From assembly GCA_030019215.1 (NCBI GenBank), contig JASEEZ010000007.1, forward strand, positions 2,521 through 66,520: DNA of 64,000 nt. Reading direction: 5' to 3'. Positions 48,432 through 56,529 of this stretch are shown one piece after another. This stretch comes from Actinomycetota bacterium (GTDB lineage: Bacteria; Actinomycetota; Aquicultoria; Subteraquimicrobiales; UBA9087). The translations under genes were made by a program, and so were the position numbers. Below the pieces are notes generated by a model. It made no database searches, was not told the origin of the DNA, and saw only the letters and a list, made by a program, of their open reading frames with translations. Each line of letters starts with the position of its first letter. Position 1 is the stretch's first letter.

Positions 48432-51050
48432 GTGGTTCACCTAGAGGCTGCAGGACCATTAACGGTGGAGGTAAGCAAGTATGCTCTGCTTCCCTTCTTA
48501 GCTATTTTGGCCCCGATTTGCGGAGCAGTTTTAGCCCTCATTACTGGTCGGAGTGAGAGAGCAAGAAATACGGTGGTCGTTCTTTGCACCGCGATCACCT
48601 TTGCGCTCATCCTGGCGATGTATCAGCCTGTTATCCAGGGTGTCCACATTGGCGAGCATCTGTACAAGGGCATTGAGTTTACCCTCAAAGGTATCTTAGG
48701 CGCCGGTTTCAAGGTGGACCCGGTCGGGTTAATAATTGCCCTTATTACAAGCTTTCTGTGGCTGGTCTCCTCCGTCTATGCCGTCAGCTACATGTCCAAG
48801 GAGCATGCCCGCACCAGATATGCGGTTTTCTCCCTCCTCACCCTCGCCGTCGATCTGGGTGTTCTCCTGGCCAGGGACTGGTTTTCCCTGTTCGTCTTCT
48901 TCGAGATGCTCGGTCTTTTCTCCACCGTCTTGGTTTTACATGAGGAGACGCCGGAGGCGTTGGATGCGGCCAAGCTCTATTTCTGGTTCTGTATCATCGG
49001 TGGGCTCATCCTTTTGGCCGGGGTTCTTCTTCTCTACGCCTACACCGGTCAGCTTGAAGTCAGGCCCCTGGCCGATTTGATCAATAAGATCCCCTTCGGG
49101 ATGCGTTATGTCATAGCCAGCTTGATGATAGTTGGCTTTGGTGCAAAGGCTGGCATATGGCTTCTACACGTCTGGCTTCCCGAAGCTCACCCAATTGCAC
49201 CCACCCCCGCCAGTGCTTTGCTCTCAGGTGTGATGATCAAGGTCGGGGCCTACGGAATCTTGAGGACGGTAAACACCCTCTTTGCCCCCATCACCGTGGA
49301 AGTTTCCCACGAGGTCGGTCAAGCCGCCGCCCGTGTGGCCGAGTGGACCACCCTCACCGGCTTGGGATATGCCCTGATCTGGATAGGGGTGATCACCATG
49401 TTCCTCGGCGTGGTCAACGCCCTCCTTTCGGCCAACTGCAAGCGGATGCTCGCTTACCACAGCGTTTCCCAGATGGGCTATATCATCTTTGGCCTGGGCT
49501 GTGCGGCTTATTTGGGGAAAGAGGGAGCCATGGGATTGGCGGGAGGGGTCTACCATCTCTTCAATCATGCTCTGTTCAAAGCGGCCTTATTCTTATCCGT
49601 TGGAGCCGTTTATTATAGGACTCACGAGTTGGACATGTATAAGCTGGGTGGTTTATGGAGGAACATGCCCTTCACCGCCATAGCTTGCTTGATCGCAGTC
49701 TGTGGTATTTCCGGGCTTCCCGGCTTCAACGGGTTTGCCAGCAAAACCCTCCTTCATCACTCCATCCTGGAGGCTTTCGAATATTCCTCTCATTACTCTT
49801 TGGCTCATCGGCCCGATATGCTACTCCTGGTGGCGGAGGTATTCTTCATGCTCACCGCCTTCGGAACATTCTGTTCCAATGTGAAGATGTGGCTGTTCGT
49901 CTTCGTCTGGAAGAGACCGGAGAAGTTCAAGGATGTGAAGCCCGAACCTTTCCCCATGAGGGTGGCTCTCTTTGCTCTTTCCTTTGCCATCTTATTCATC
50001 GGCTTGAAGCCCAATTGGATGCTGGAAAAATTCATCGGACCTGCCCTCGCCCTTTTTGGATTCGATATCTCCTCCCATGCGTACCATGTAATCTACAATG
50101 TTCATGCCGTGGATGCCATTCGCTCTTCCATTCCTCTTTTATACGATCCGCGCACCCTGTCTATCTTCGGCAGCCCGGAGGTTTTACACAACTTGCTGGC
50201 GGGCGGCATGGTTGTTCTCGGTGGAGGGATGTACTTCGTATTGGGCTATAGATTTGGTTGGTTCCATGTTCATCCTCCGGAATGGGTGTCCACTAAATTT
50301 TGGTATCTCCTCCTGGTTAAATTGTTTTGGACAATACCCCGAGGCGTTGACGGATTCAGGTTGTGGGTCAGGGGACAGGCGGCCTCCTATGTTTTGGGTG
50401 CTGAGAGGACTGAAGAGGAGATGGCTCTCAAGATGGCCAAGGTTCTGGCCGAGCAGAAATTGCCACCTGATAAGCTCAAGATAATAGAGCGGGGAGCAAT
50501 TAAACTGGCGGAGACCCCGGAGAAACTTACGCAGGAGGAGAAGTTCTGGCTTGAAAAGGCGTTCATCAAGGTTGAAGAGGTTCTGGCCACCAGAGGTGCC
50601 AAGGTCAGGATAGAACTGGGAAGAGTGGCCGCTGCCGCGGCCAGGCTGGAGGAGCTTTTAAGGGAGGAGAGATTCGAACCCTTGCTTGAAAGAACGGGAA
50701 AGGCGGCCGCCACCGCGGCCAGGCTGAGGGATCTTTTAAAGGAGGAGAGATTCGAACCCTTGCTTGAAAGAACCATGGCGGGCTATCAAGGGGCTGAGGT
50801 TGGCTATCGAGCCGTGGTGACCGCCGCCATAGGGAAGTTTTTCACCTGGGTGAGGAAGATGGTCCTGGCGGCGACCCTTGTTCTTTCCGAGGAAAGATTC
50901 GGTGGGGTAGAGCAGGCCATCTATAGTGCCTTGGATGTGGCCGATACTCGGAGGGCAATTCGTTCTTATACGAGGGATATATATGCCAATGTTACGGTGT
51001 TCATATTGATGTTTGTTTTGCTGGCCGCGTGCTTGATTTACGTGCAGTAA
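48432..51050 (+). CDS. mrpA: MrpA/NuoL-like antiporter subunit with a long C-terminal extension
   Basis: WLPEAHPIAPTPASALLSG and HLFNHALFKAALFL. Beyond about residue 500 there are extra TMs and a charged helical region with a tandem duplication. Confidence 0.75.
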   Translation: MVHLEAAGPLTVEVSKYALLPFLAILAPICGAVLALITGRSERARNTVVVLCTAITFALILAMYQPVIQGVHIGEHLYKGIEFTLKGILGAGFKVDPVGLIIALITSFLWLVSSVYAVSYMSKEHARTRYAVFSLLTLAVDLGVLLARDWFSLFVFFEMLGLFSTVLVLHEETPEALDAAKLYFWFCIIGGLILLAGVLLLYAYTGQLEVRPLADLINKIPFGMRYVIASLMIVGFGAKAGIWLLHVWLPEAHPIAPTPASALLSGVMIKVGAYGILRTVNTLFAPITVEVSHEVGQAAARVAEWTTLTGLGYALIWIGVITMFLGVVNALLSANCKRMLAYHSVSQMGYIIFGLGCAAYLGKEGAMGLAGGVYHLFNHALFKAALFLSVGAVYYRTHELDMYKLGGLWRNMPFTAIACLIAVCGISGLPGFNGFASKTLLHHSILEAFEYSSHYSLAHRPDMLLLVAEVFFMLTAFGTFCSNVKMWLFVFVWKRPEKFKDVKPEPFPMRVALFALSFAILFIGLKPNWMLEKFIGPALALFGFDISSHAYHVIYNVHAVDAIRSSIPLLYDPRTLSIFGSPEVLHNLLAGGMVVLGGGMYFVLGYRFGWFHVHPPEWVSTKFWYLLLVKLFWTIPRGVDGFRLWVRGQAASYVLGAERTEEEMALKMAKVLAEQKLPPDKLKIIERGAIKLAETPEKLTQEEKFWLEKAFIKVEEVLATRGAKVRIELGRVAAAAARLEELLREERFEPLLERTGKAAATAARLRDLLKEERFEPLLERTMAGYQGAEVGYRAVVTAAIGKFFTWVRKMVLAATLVLSEERFGGVEQAIYSALDVADTRRAIRSYTRDIYANVTVFILMFVLLAACLIYVQ
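50635..50773. repeat. 78-nt-period tandem duplication inside the mrpA-like gene
   Basis: Core ccgcggccaggctg..cttttaa.ggaggagagattcgaacccttgcttgaaagaac occurs at 50635-50695 and 50713-50773. It encodes AARLEELLREERFEPLLERT / AARLRDLLKEERFEPLLERT. Confidence 0.9.
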
Positions 51051-51116
51051 TTTTGTTGTTCGGGAAGGATTTTTCTTACTCCTCCTCGAATTTAACGTGA
51101 AAAGGGAGGTCTTGAG

Positions 51117-51380
51117 ATGTATACTCAAAAGACAAAAATGAGAGTGGTTATTTGCACTTCCCTGTACAGGGTGGAGGGGGATATGTACCTTGTGCCTGGC
51201 AGCAGGCTGACGGACATCGTGAATGTCAAGACCAAGGATTTCTTCCCCATCACCGATGCCAAGATTCTTTCCCCCATCGAGGACGAGGTGCTGTACACGC
51301 TCGATTTTGTGGCTGTCAACAGGGAAGAGATCATTATGATATTTCCTCTCGAGCAAGCCGCCGCGAACCCGGCCGATTAA
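51117..51380 (+). CDS. Hypothetical small protein (87 aa)
   Basis: Good RBS (aagggagg, 8 nt upstream of the ATG). I recognise no family. Confidence 0.5.
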   Translation: MYTQKTKMRVVICTSLYRVEGDMYLVPGSRLTDIVNVKTKDFFPITDAKILSPIEDEVLYTLDFVAVNREEIIMIFPLEQAAANPAD

Positions 51381-51539
51381 GAGCGGGATAGGCTATTCGC
51401 CAATGGGCCGGCTCCCCGCCTTTAGGATTCAGGTGCCTTCCTAGTCGAGTTCCTCTGAGACTTCGTAGGAGTCCCTCCCGAAGAAACCATCTTTTTCGAG
51501 CACAAGCAGAAACTATCAAATGTATGGACAACTGAACAC

Positions 51540-51568
51540 TTGACCAATGTAGAGTTGCTCGCTACAAT
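51540..51568 (+). promoter_or_regulatory. Sigma-70-like promoter
   Basis: TTGACC (51540-51545), 17-nt spacer, TACAAT (51563-51568). Confidence 0.55.
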
Positions 51569-51617
51569 TAGAGGCTATACTGCGGTATAATCTGATTAGA
51601 GAAAGGAGCGGAGGTAA

Positions 51618-51887
51618 GTGAGAAAGAAGAGCGGTGAGGAGAGCAAGGCGAACTATTTGAGGGTGCCCATCACGATGCCCGGGGAAATGTTTGGCTATCT
51701 TGAGGATTTGAGCCTGAAGGCGAAGGTTTCAGGCGGCCGCAAGCTGGCGAACACGACTATTATGAGAGCTTGCATTAAGGCCCTCATGAAGCTGGATGTG
51801 GATGTTACCGGTGTTCGGGATGAGGCTGAACTCACGGAGAGGATAATGGAAGCAAGGGCTAAATACACCGCTGGTAAAAGGAAGTGA
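51618..51887 (+). CDS. Small putative ribbon-helix-helix-like DNA-binding protein, paralogue 1
   Basis: GTG start with RBS aaaggagcggagg. LRVPITMPGEMFGYLEDLS (beta strand plus helix) pattern. Paralogous to the next gene. Confidence 0.55.
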   Translation: MRKKSGEESKANYLRVPITMPGEMFGYLEDLSLKAKVSGGRKLANTTIMRACIKALMKLDVDVTGVRDEAELTERIMEARAKYTAGKRK

Positions 51888-51918
51888 GCGAGAGCGGCAC
51901 TGCAGTGTAAAGTGGCCC

Positions 51919-51947
51919 TTGACCAAATGCGCATGACCTAATATAAT
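51919..51947 (+). promoter_or_regulatory. Sigma-70-like promoter
   Basis: TTGACC (51919-51924), 17-nt spacer, TATAAT (51942-51947). It has the same cTTGACCAA -35 context as the promoter at 51540. Confidence 0.55.
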
Positions 51948-52005
51948 TTAGCCTGTTGTTTGTTGGGGTTACTTAATTATGAATTGTGCGAGGTGGTCGA
52001 GGCCC

Positions 52006-52254
52006 ATGGATAAAGAGAGAAATTTGGCCGGGTCAGTTTCACTGCAGCGGGTTTCAACTTTCCTAGACGATCAACAGATTAAGTTTCTCGATGGTTTATC
52101 TCGGCGGATGAAGTTCAGTGGAGGATGCAAGTTGCCGAGGACAAAGATTCTTCGAGCTATGCTTTCGGCATTCATGGAGATGCAGGTGGACGTGTCGAAA
52201 GTTGGAGACGAGGGCGAACTCAAGGAGAGGATTCTCAAAGCCGTTCGGCGCTGA
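52006..52254 (+). CDS. Small putative ribbon-helix-helix-like protein, paralogue 2
   Basis: Aligns with paralogue 1: R(V)..........L..LS...K.SGG.KL..T.I.RA...A.M...VDV..V.DE.EL.ERI. The start is taken at the internal ATG 52006; the ORF opens at 51979. Confidence 0.5.
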   Translation: MDKERNLAGSVSLQRVSTFLDDQQIKFLDGLSRRMKFSGGCKLPRTKILRAMLSAFMEMQVDVSKVGDEGELKERILKAVRR

Positions 52255-52269
52255 GGGGGTGAGGAGAAG

Positions 52270-52464
52270 TTGCAGAATTGTTGGAGTTTAAAGGGTTGTC
52301 CTGCCAGTTACTACCTCAACTGTACGGCTTATGAGAAGAGAGTGAGTTGTTGGGAGATCAAGGATGGTTGCCTTTGCCGTGTCCACGAAAGTTGCGAAGA
52401 CTGTCCAATTTACATCAAGCATCTGGCCGATATTAAGCAGAGTAAGAAGAAGGAGCCCTCCTAG
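52270..52464 (+). CDS. Small Cys-rich protein with twin CW motifs (two-CW-domain-like)
   Basis: MQNCWSLKGCPASYYLNCTAYEKRVSCWEIKDGCLCRVHESCEDCPIY, with a TTG start. The family name is recalled from memory and not verified. Confidence 0.5.
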   Translation: MQNCWSLKGCPASYYLNCTAYEKRVSCWEIKDGCLCRVHESCEDCPIYIKHLADIKQSKKKEPS

Positions 52465-52494
52465 GTAGGTTTCGGCGGAGCGATATTGTTTTGA

Positions 52495-52527
52495 GGGTCC
52501 CCATCGTTGGTGGGGGCCCTTTTATTT
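52495..52527 (+). terminator. Intrinsic terminator
   Basis: gggtcccca-tcgttgg-tgggggccc followed by ttttattt. Confidence 0.65.
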
Positions 52528-52551
52528 GTTCCCGCCCTGCTATCGGCGGGG

Positions 52552-52749
52552 AAAGCGCAAAGAGAACCTCAGGAGTCTAGGGGTCCAGGGGTCAAGGATT
52601 CGAGTGTTTTTTAAGATTTTCACTTGAACCCTTGACTCCTCGAATCCTCTATAATCAACTCCTTTGGATGAGAACAAGATCAATTACAAGATCAATTATG
52701 TCTATTTACTAAAAATGGAGAAGAGCTTAAGATTAAAAAGGGAATTATT
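52552..52749. repeat. Heptamer-hairpin element plus conserved tail, copy A (paralogous to 57578-57768)
   Basis: Shared head aaagcgcaaagagaac. Arms are built of ggggtca/aggattc units and their complements. Shared tail aacaagat..a...ttta...actaaaaatgg.gaaga runs into the next start codon. Confidence 0.8.
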
Positions 52750-53850
52750 GTGATTCGGGTATCGGCGGTTACCGGAGTCCAGGATGTGTTGAATCTCAGA
52801 GAAAGCTGGGATGGTCTTCTCGAAACCAGCGGTGGGACCGTTTTCCAGAGTTGGGAGTGGCAGAGGGTTTGGTGGGAGCATTACGGGCGGGGCAAGCGCC
52901 CTTTCATTTTACTCGTTTACGAAGATGAGAAACTTATGGGCATCGCTCCTTTCTTCGTTTCTCTCTCCCATCTGGGCTTGCCTCTTAAGGTCATTTCATT
53001 CTTGGGCAGCGGTCCCTCGGACTACGGGGATCTTCTTCTCCACCCTTCCCGGAGGTTCGAGGCGCTAGAGGCCATCATGGGTTATCTCCAGACATGTGAG
53101 GATTGGGATGCCATTGACCTTCAGGAGATTCCCTCAAATTCTGCTAATTTTCGAATACTGAGGGAGTCATATTGCGGGGGAGATTTGGAGATTCAAGAAT
53201 TTACGCAGGATGTTTCCTTTGCCCTTTCCCTGCCGGGTAGCTGGGATGGATTCTTGCAGTCTCTTGATAGAAAGTTTCGCTGGAATATCCTTTACTACGC
53301 TCGCCGGCTTCGTCGGGATCATGAGACACAAGTGCACCGAGCGAGAAGTGTAGAAGAAGTGGATCGAGGAATGTCCGACCTCTTTCTTCTTCATCGGAGG
53401 AGACAGAGAGAGAAAGGGTTGCCCACCCCCATTCTCAGCAGGAGGTATAGGGGTTTTCACCGGGAGGTGGCTCACCAATTTTTCAGGCGCGGCTGGCTTG
53501 CTCTCTATTCTCTATGCGTCGATGGGGAAGTGGTTTCCGCTCTTTATGGTTTTGAACATGGTGATCGCTTCTACTACTATCTGGGAGGGTTTGATCCTTT
53601 CTGGGGGAGATTGAGCGTGGCCACGATTCTCATAGCTGATGTTATTAAAGAGGCGATCGAGAAAGGATTTAAAACTTTTGATTTTCTGCGGGGCGAGGAG
53701 AGCTACAAAGTGCGGTGGGGGGCCGTTCCAAGACAAAATATTCGCCTCATCATCACCAGGGAGCGCTCCAAATCCAGCCTACTCAGGGCGATCTTAGAGC
53801 GGGAAAACGTAGTCGTTCGGGAGATTAAACAGAAACTCCGAAAGCCTTAA
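52750..53850 (+). CDS. GNAT-fold acyltransferase of the FemAB/CelD (BioF2-like) type
   Basis: 366 aa with FQSWEWQRVWWEHYG N-terminal signature and YYYLGGFDP...DFLRGEESYKVRWG C-terminal signature. Confidence 0.65.
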   Translation: MIRVSAVTGVQDVLNLRESWDGLLETSGGTVFQSWEWQRVWWEHYGRGKRPFILLVYEDEKLMGIAPFFVSLSHLGLPLKVISFLGSGPSDYGDLLLHPSRRFEALEAIMGYLQTCEDWDAIDLQEIPSNSANFRILRESYCGGDLEIQEFTQDVSFALSLPGSWDGFLQSLDRKFRWNILYYARRLRRDHETQVHRARSVEEVDRGMSDLFLLHRRRQREKGLPTPILSRRYRGFHREVAHQFFRRGWLALYSLCVDGEVVSALYGFEHGDRFYYYLGGFDPFWGRLSVATILIADVIKEAIEKGFKTFDFLRGEESYKVRWGAVPRQNIRLIITRERSKSSLLRAILERENVVVREIKQKLRKP

Positions 53851-53857
53851 TGTCCAC

Positions 53858-54736
53858 TCACCGGGAGGCCACCACCAGATTGTTATTCACCTCTTTTATC
53901 TCAGGGATGGTCCGGGCGATCTGGCCGATGGTATCCCGTTGCTCCACGTTATCCACCAGGCCGTCGAGAAAGACGATGCCATCAACCACGGAGATTTTAA
54001 CGTCGATCAAATTCAGATGACCCCTCTTGTCCAGGGCTGACCAGATCTTCTTTTCCAGGACTTCGTCCTCGCTGGAGGGAATGGTTCCAACTTCCAAGAG
54101 ATTTTTCACTCCTCGGACTCCGAACACCCCGCTGGCGATCCTTCCCGCTTTTTCCTTCTGTCGTGGGCTGGGAACCCAACCCTTGAGTGTTATCACTCCG
54201 TCTTTGCAAGGGGCCCCGATGAACTCGGCATGGACCTCCTTGTCCTCGTGCAAGGCCAGTTCAACGGCATTGGTGAACGTCACATCCTGAGTGTCCTTTC
54301 CGAGCCCTATCCTTAGATGACTGATTGCTCTCTTGATTCCCTTGATGTCGCTGACTATCTCCAGGACTCTTTCCTCCATTGCCCGTGAATCCACGTTCCC
54401 ACCAAGGATAACCACTCCCTTTGATATACGCTTCGCCCCGACCCTGCTGGCGAGGGACGGATCCGTGGCTAAAACTGTCCTGACCCGCTTTGCTAAATCG
54501 ATTTCTGTTGGGACCCCATCGGTCTCGATGGCGATGTCGCTTTCAACCGCTTCAAATTCGGAGATTTGACGGGCGATATCCTCGGCGAGCTGTTTTTCTT
54601 CGCGAGTATGAACCACGCCCGAAAGGCGGATCTTTCCTTGTCGGATGCCCACATCAATCCTCCCCTTTATCGATGGCTCTAGGGCAATTTCGGCATCGAT
54701 TTTGGATATGATCAGGTTGTTATCCCTTCCCAACAT
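53858..54736 (-). CDS. Multi-BON-domain protein
   Basis: Four repeats of the type I.V....G.V.L.G.V....E...A..IA..I.G(V/I)..V.N.L.V. Confidence 0.7.
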   Translation of the reverse strand: MLGRDNNLIISKIDAEIALEPSIKGRIDVGIRQGKIRLSGVVHTREEKQLAEDIARQISEFEAVESDIAIETDGVPTEIDLAKRVRTVLATDPSLASRVGAKRISKGVVILGGNVDSRAMEERVLEIVSDIKGIKRAISHLRIGLGKDTQDVTFTNAVELALHEDKEVHAEFIGAPCKDGVITLKGWVPSPRQKEKAGRIASGVFGVRGVKNLLEVGTIPSSEDEVLEKKIWSALDKRGHLNLIDVKISVVDGIVFLDGLVDNVEQRDTIGQIARTIPEIKEVNNNLVVASR

Positions 54737-54819
54737 CTATCCCACCAATCTAATTATATCCGGTAATTCTGAGTCTTCCAGCGGCATCGCCACAGATGGA
54801 AAATTCATTACAATAATAA

Positions 54820-55068
54820 AACTTTTGCGTTTTTAAGCTATGAGTAAACGATTAATTTTGGCAAAGGCTAGACCCCCGAAAACACGCAGTTGTCCGCCCC
54901 AGCGAGGCGCCCACTGCTCGGCTCTCGGCCTCGCTCCCCGCCTACGGCGGGGCCGTGCCCGCTCGGCCTCCGAGACGGTTTTCTTGTGGCCTAACCTTTG
55001 CCCTAAGCCAAATCTCAAGTGTTTGGCGTGAATGAGTGAAGTTTTCTTTTCTAAGAACGCAAAAGTTC
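54820..55068. other. GC-rich structured island bounded by nested inverted repeats (candidate ncRNA or MITE-like element)
   Basis: Outer inverted repeat acttttgcgtt / aacgcaaaagt. Inner pairs ggcaaagg / cctttgcc and gaaaac / gttttc. The core holds agcgaggc/gcctcgct and ccccgcc-tac-ggcgggg hairpins. The flanks are AT-rich. Confidence 0.4.
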
Positions 55069-55164
55069 AAACGATAAGTTAAATTATATTAGAGGATTTT
55101 TTGGGGGATTGGAGAAAATTTGATTTGTCGTGTAGATTTAAAGCTGCGGTAAAGGAGATTTGGG

Positions 55165-55545
55165 ATGGGAGAAAAGATACTTGTAGTCGATGACGAACCC
55201 GGTATCGTTAAGTTGGTTTCGGTTGTCCTTGCAAGGGAAGGTTACGAGGTCATTGGGGCCTTCGATGGGGAAGAAGCACTCAAGAGGCTAGCTGAGGAGG
55301 AGCCGGATTTGGTGGTACTTGACATCTCCATGCCCGGGATGGATGGTTGGGAGGTCTGTACCCGAATTAAGGAGAACCCGAAGCACAAAGACATTCCCGT
55401 GATCATGCTCACCGCCCTCGGACATTTATCGGAGGAGTTTAGGGGCCTGAAGATGGGAGCCGTAAAGTACATTGTAAAGCCATTTAACGCCAAGGATCTG
55501 GTAGTGGCGGTGGATAAGGTTTTAGGCAAAACCAAGAAGAAATGA
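55165..55545 (+). CDS. Stand-alone response-regulator receiver (CheY-like)
   Basis: ILVVDDEP, LVVLDISMPGMDG and VKPF motifs. Confidence 0.9.
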   Translation: MGEKILVVDDEPGIVKLVSVVLAREGYEVIGAFDGEEALKRLAEEEPDLVVLDISMPGMDGWEVCTRIKENPKHKDIPVIMLTALGHLSEEFRGLKMGAVKYIVKPFNAKDLVVAVDKVLGKTKKK

Positions 55546-55584
55546 TACCGGTTTAATAGTCGAGCCTCGGGCGACAAAAGAAAA

Positions 55585-55610
55585 ACCCCCCGATAAAATC
55601 GGGGGGTTTT
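55585..55610 (+). terminator. Intrinsic terminator
   Basis: ccccccgat-aaa-atcgggggg followed by tttt. Confidence 0.75.
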
Positions 55611-55862
55611 CACATCCCGAGCAACTTTCGGGACTCTTACTCTTTCGCCCCCGATGAAATCGGGGGGTACTTGATGCGCAAGGTTGCCTAACGGCTGCTC
55701 GGGACAAAGTTAACCTATCATTCCCCTAAATTCTTGTCAAGGGAATTTCGAAAATTTTAAGAAATTTTTAGGGAGAGAAAGTTTTCGGCTTATCCGGGAT
55801 GCGTTAAAATGGTGAGCGGTTGTGTTGTTTGAGGATATTCTGTATGGGAGGATGGAGGAGAG

Positions 55863-56501
55863 ATGGATTTGGGAGAGATTTCCGCAAAGATTAGACGAGA
55901 AATGGATGCCAAGGATACAGCGAGAGAGGGTGCCCTAACTCAGTCTCGCCGGGCGATCAGGGCCTCCTCCAATGCCATTCGAGCTATCCACCGTGGCGAA
56001 TATAAAAGCGCGGGGGAGTTTCTGGCGGAGGCCAGGATGGCCCTGGACGAGTGCGAGAATTTACTCGGGTGTCACCCCAGCATCTATCACGCCGGGTTTG
56101 TTCGGGATGCACAAAAAGAATACGTCGAGGCCATGATCACTCTGGTTTTAATCTGCGGTGAGCCGTTGCCCGATCCCGATGAGCTGAGGGTTGGCTATGT
56201 TTCTTATCTTAATGGGCTTGCCGAGACCATCGGCGAACTGAGAAGACACATTTTGGATATTACAAGGGAGGATCGCCTCGAGCAGGGGGAGAATCTACTC
56301 AAGGCCATGGATGATATCTACTATGTTTTGGTTTCCTTCGACTATCCCGATGCCGTAACCCCGGGCTTGCGGCGAGCTACGGATGTGGCGAGGGCTATAA
56401 TGGAAAAAACCCGGGGCGATTTGACTACCGCTATTCGCCAGAAAGAGTTGAAGGAGACCATGGGGAAGCTGGAAGAGCGATTAAAGAAAAAGAAGGAATG
56501 A
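55863..56501 (+). CDS. Translin-family protein
   Basis: All-helical, 212 aa, with SYLNGLAETIGELRR matching the translin/TRAX DYLLG..DLTGELMR block. Confidence 0.6.
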   Translation: MDLGEISAKIRREMDAKDTAREGALTQSRRAIRASSNAIRAIHRGEYKSAGEFLAEARMALDECENLLGCHPSIYHAGFVRDAQKEYVEAMITLVLICGEPLPDPDELRVGYVSYLNGLAETIGELRRHILDITREDRLEQGENLLKAMDDIYYVLVSFDYPDAVTPGLRRATDVARAIMEKTRGDLTTAIRQKELKETMGKLEERLKKKKE

Positions 56502-56529
56502 GTTGTAGGGGCAATGGAGTCGTTCACAG

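Noticed and set aside
50735-50765. tRNA-like T-loop string (gagattcgaaccc) inside the mrpA-like gene
   Set aside because: No acceptor, D or anticodon arms can be drawn around it. It is part of an in-frame coding duplication.
54833-55031. Two overlapping ORFs of about 60 aa on opposite strands
   Set aside because: They lie in the GC-rich inverted-repeat island. Their Arg/Pro/Ala-rich composition is dictated by GC content, and there is no RBS. I treat the region as non-coding structure instead.
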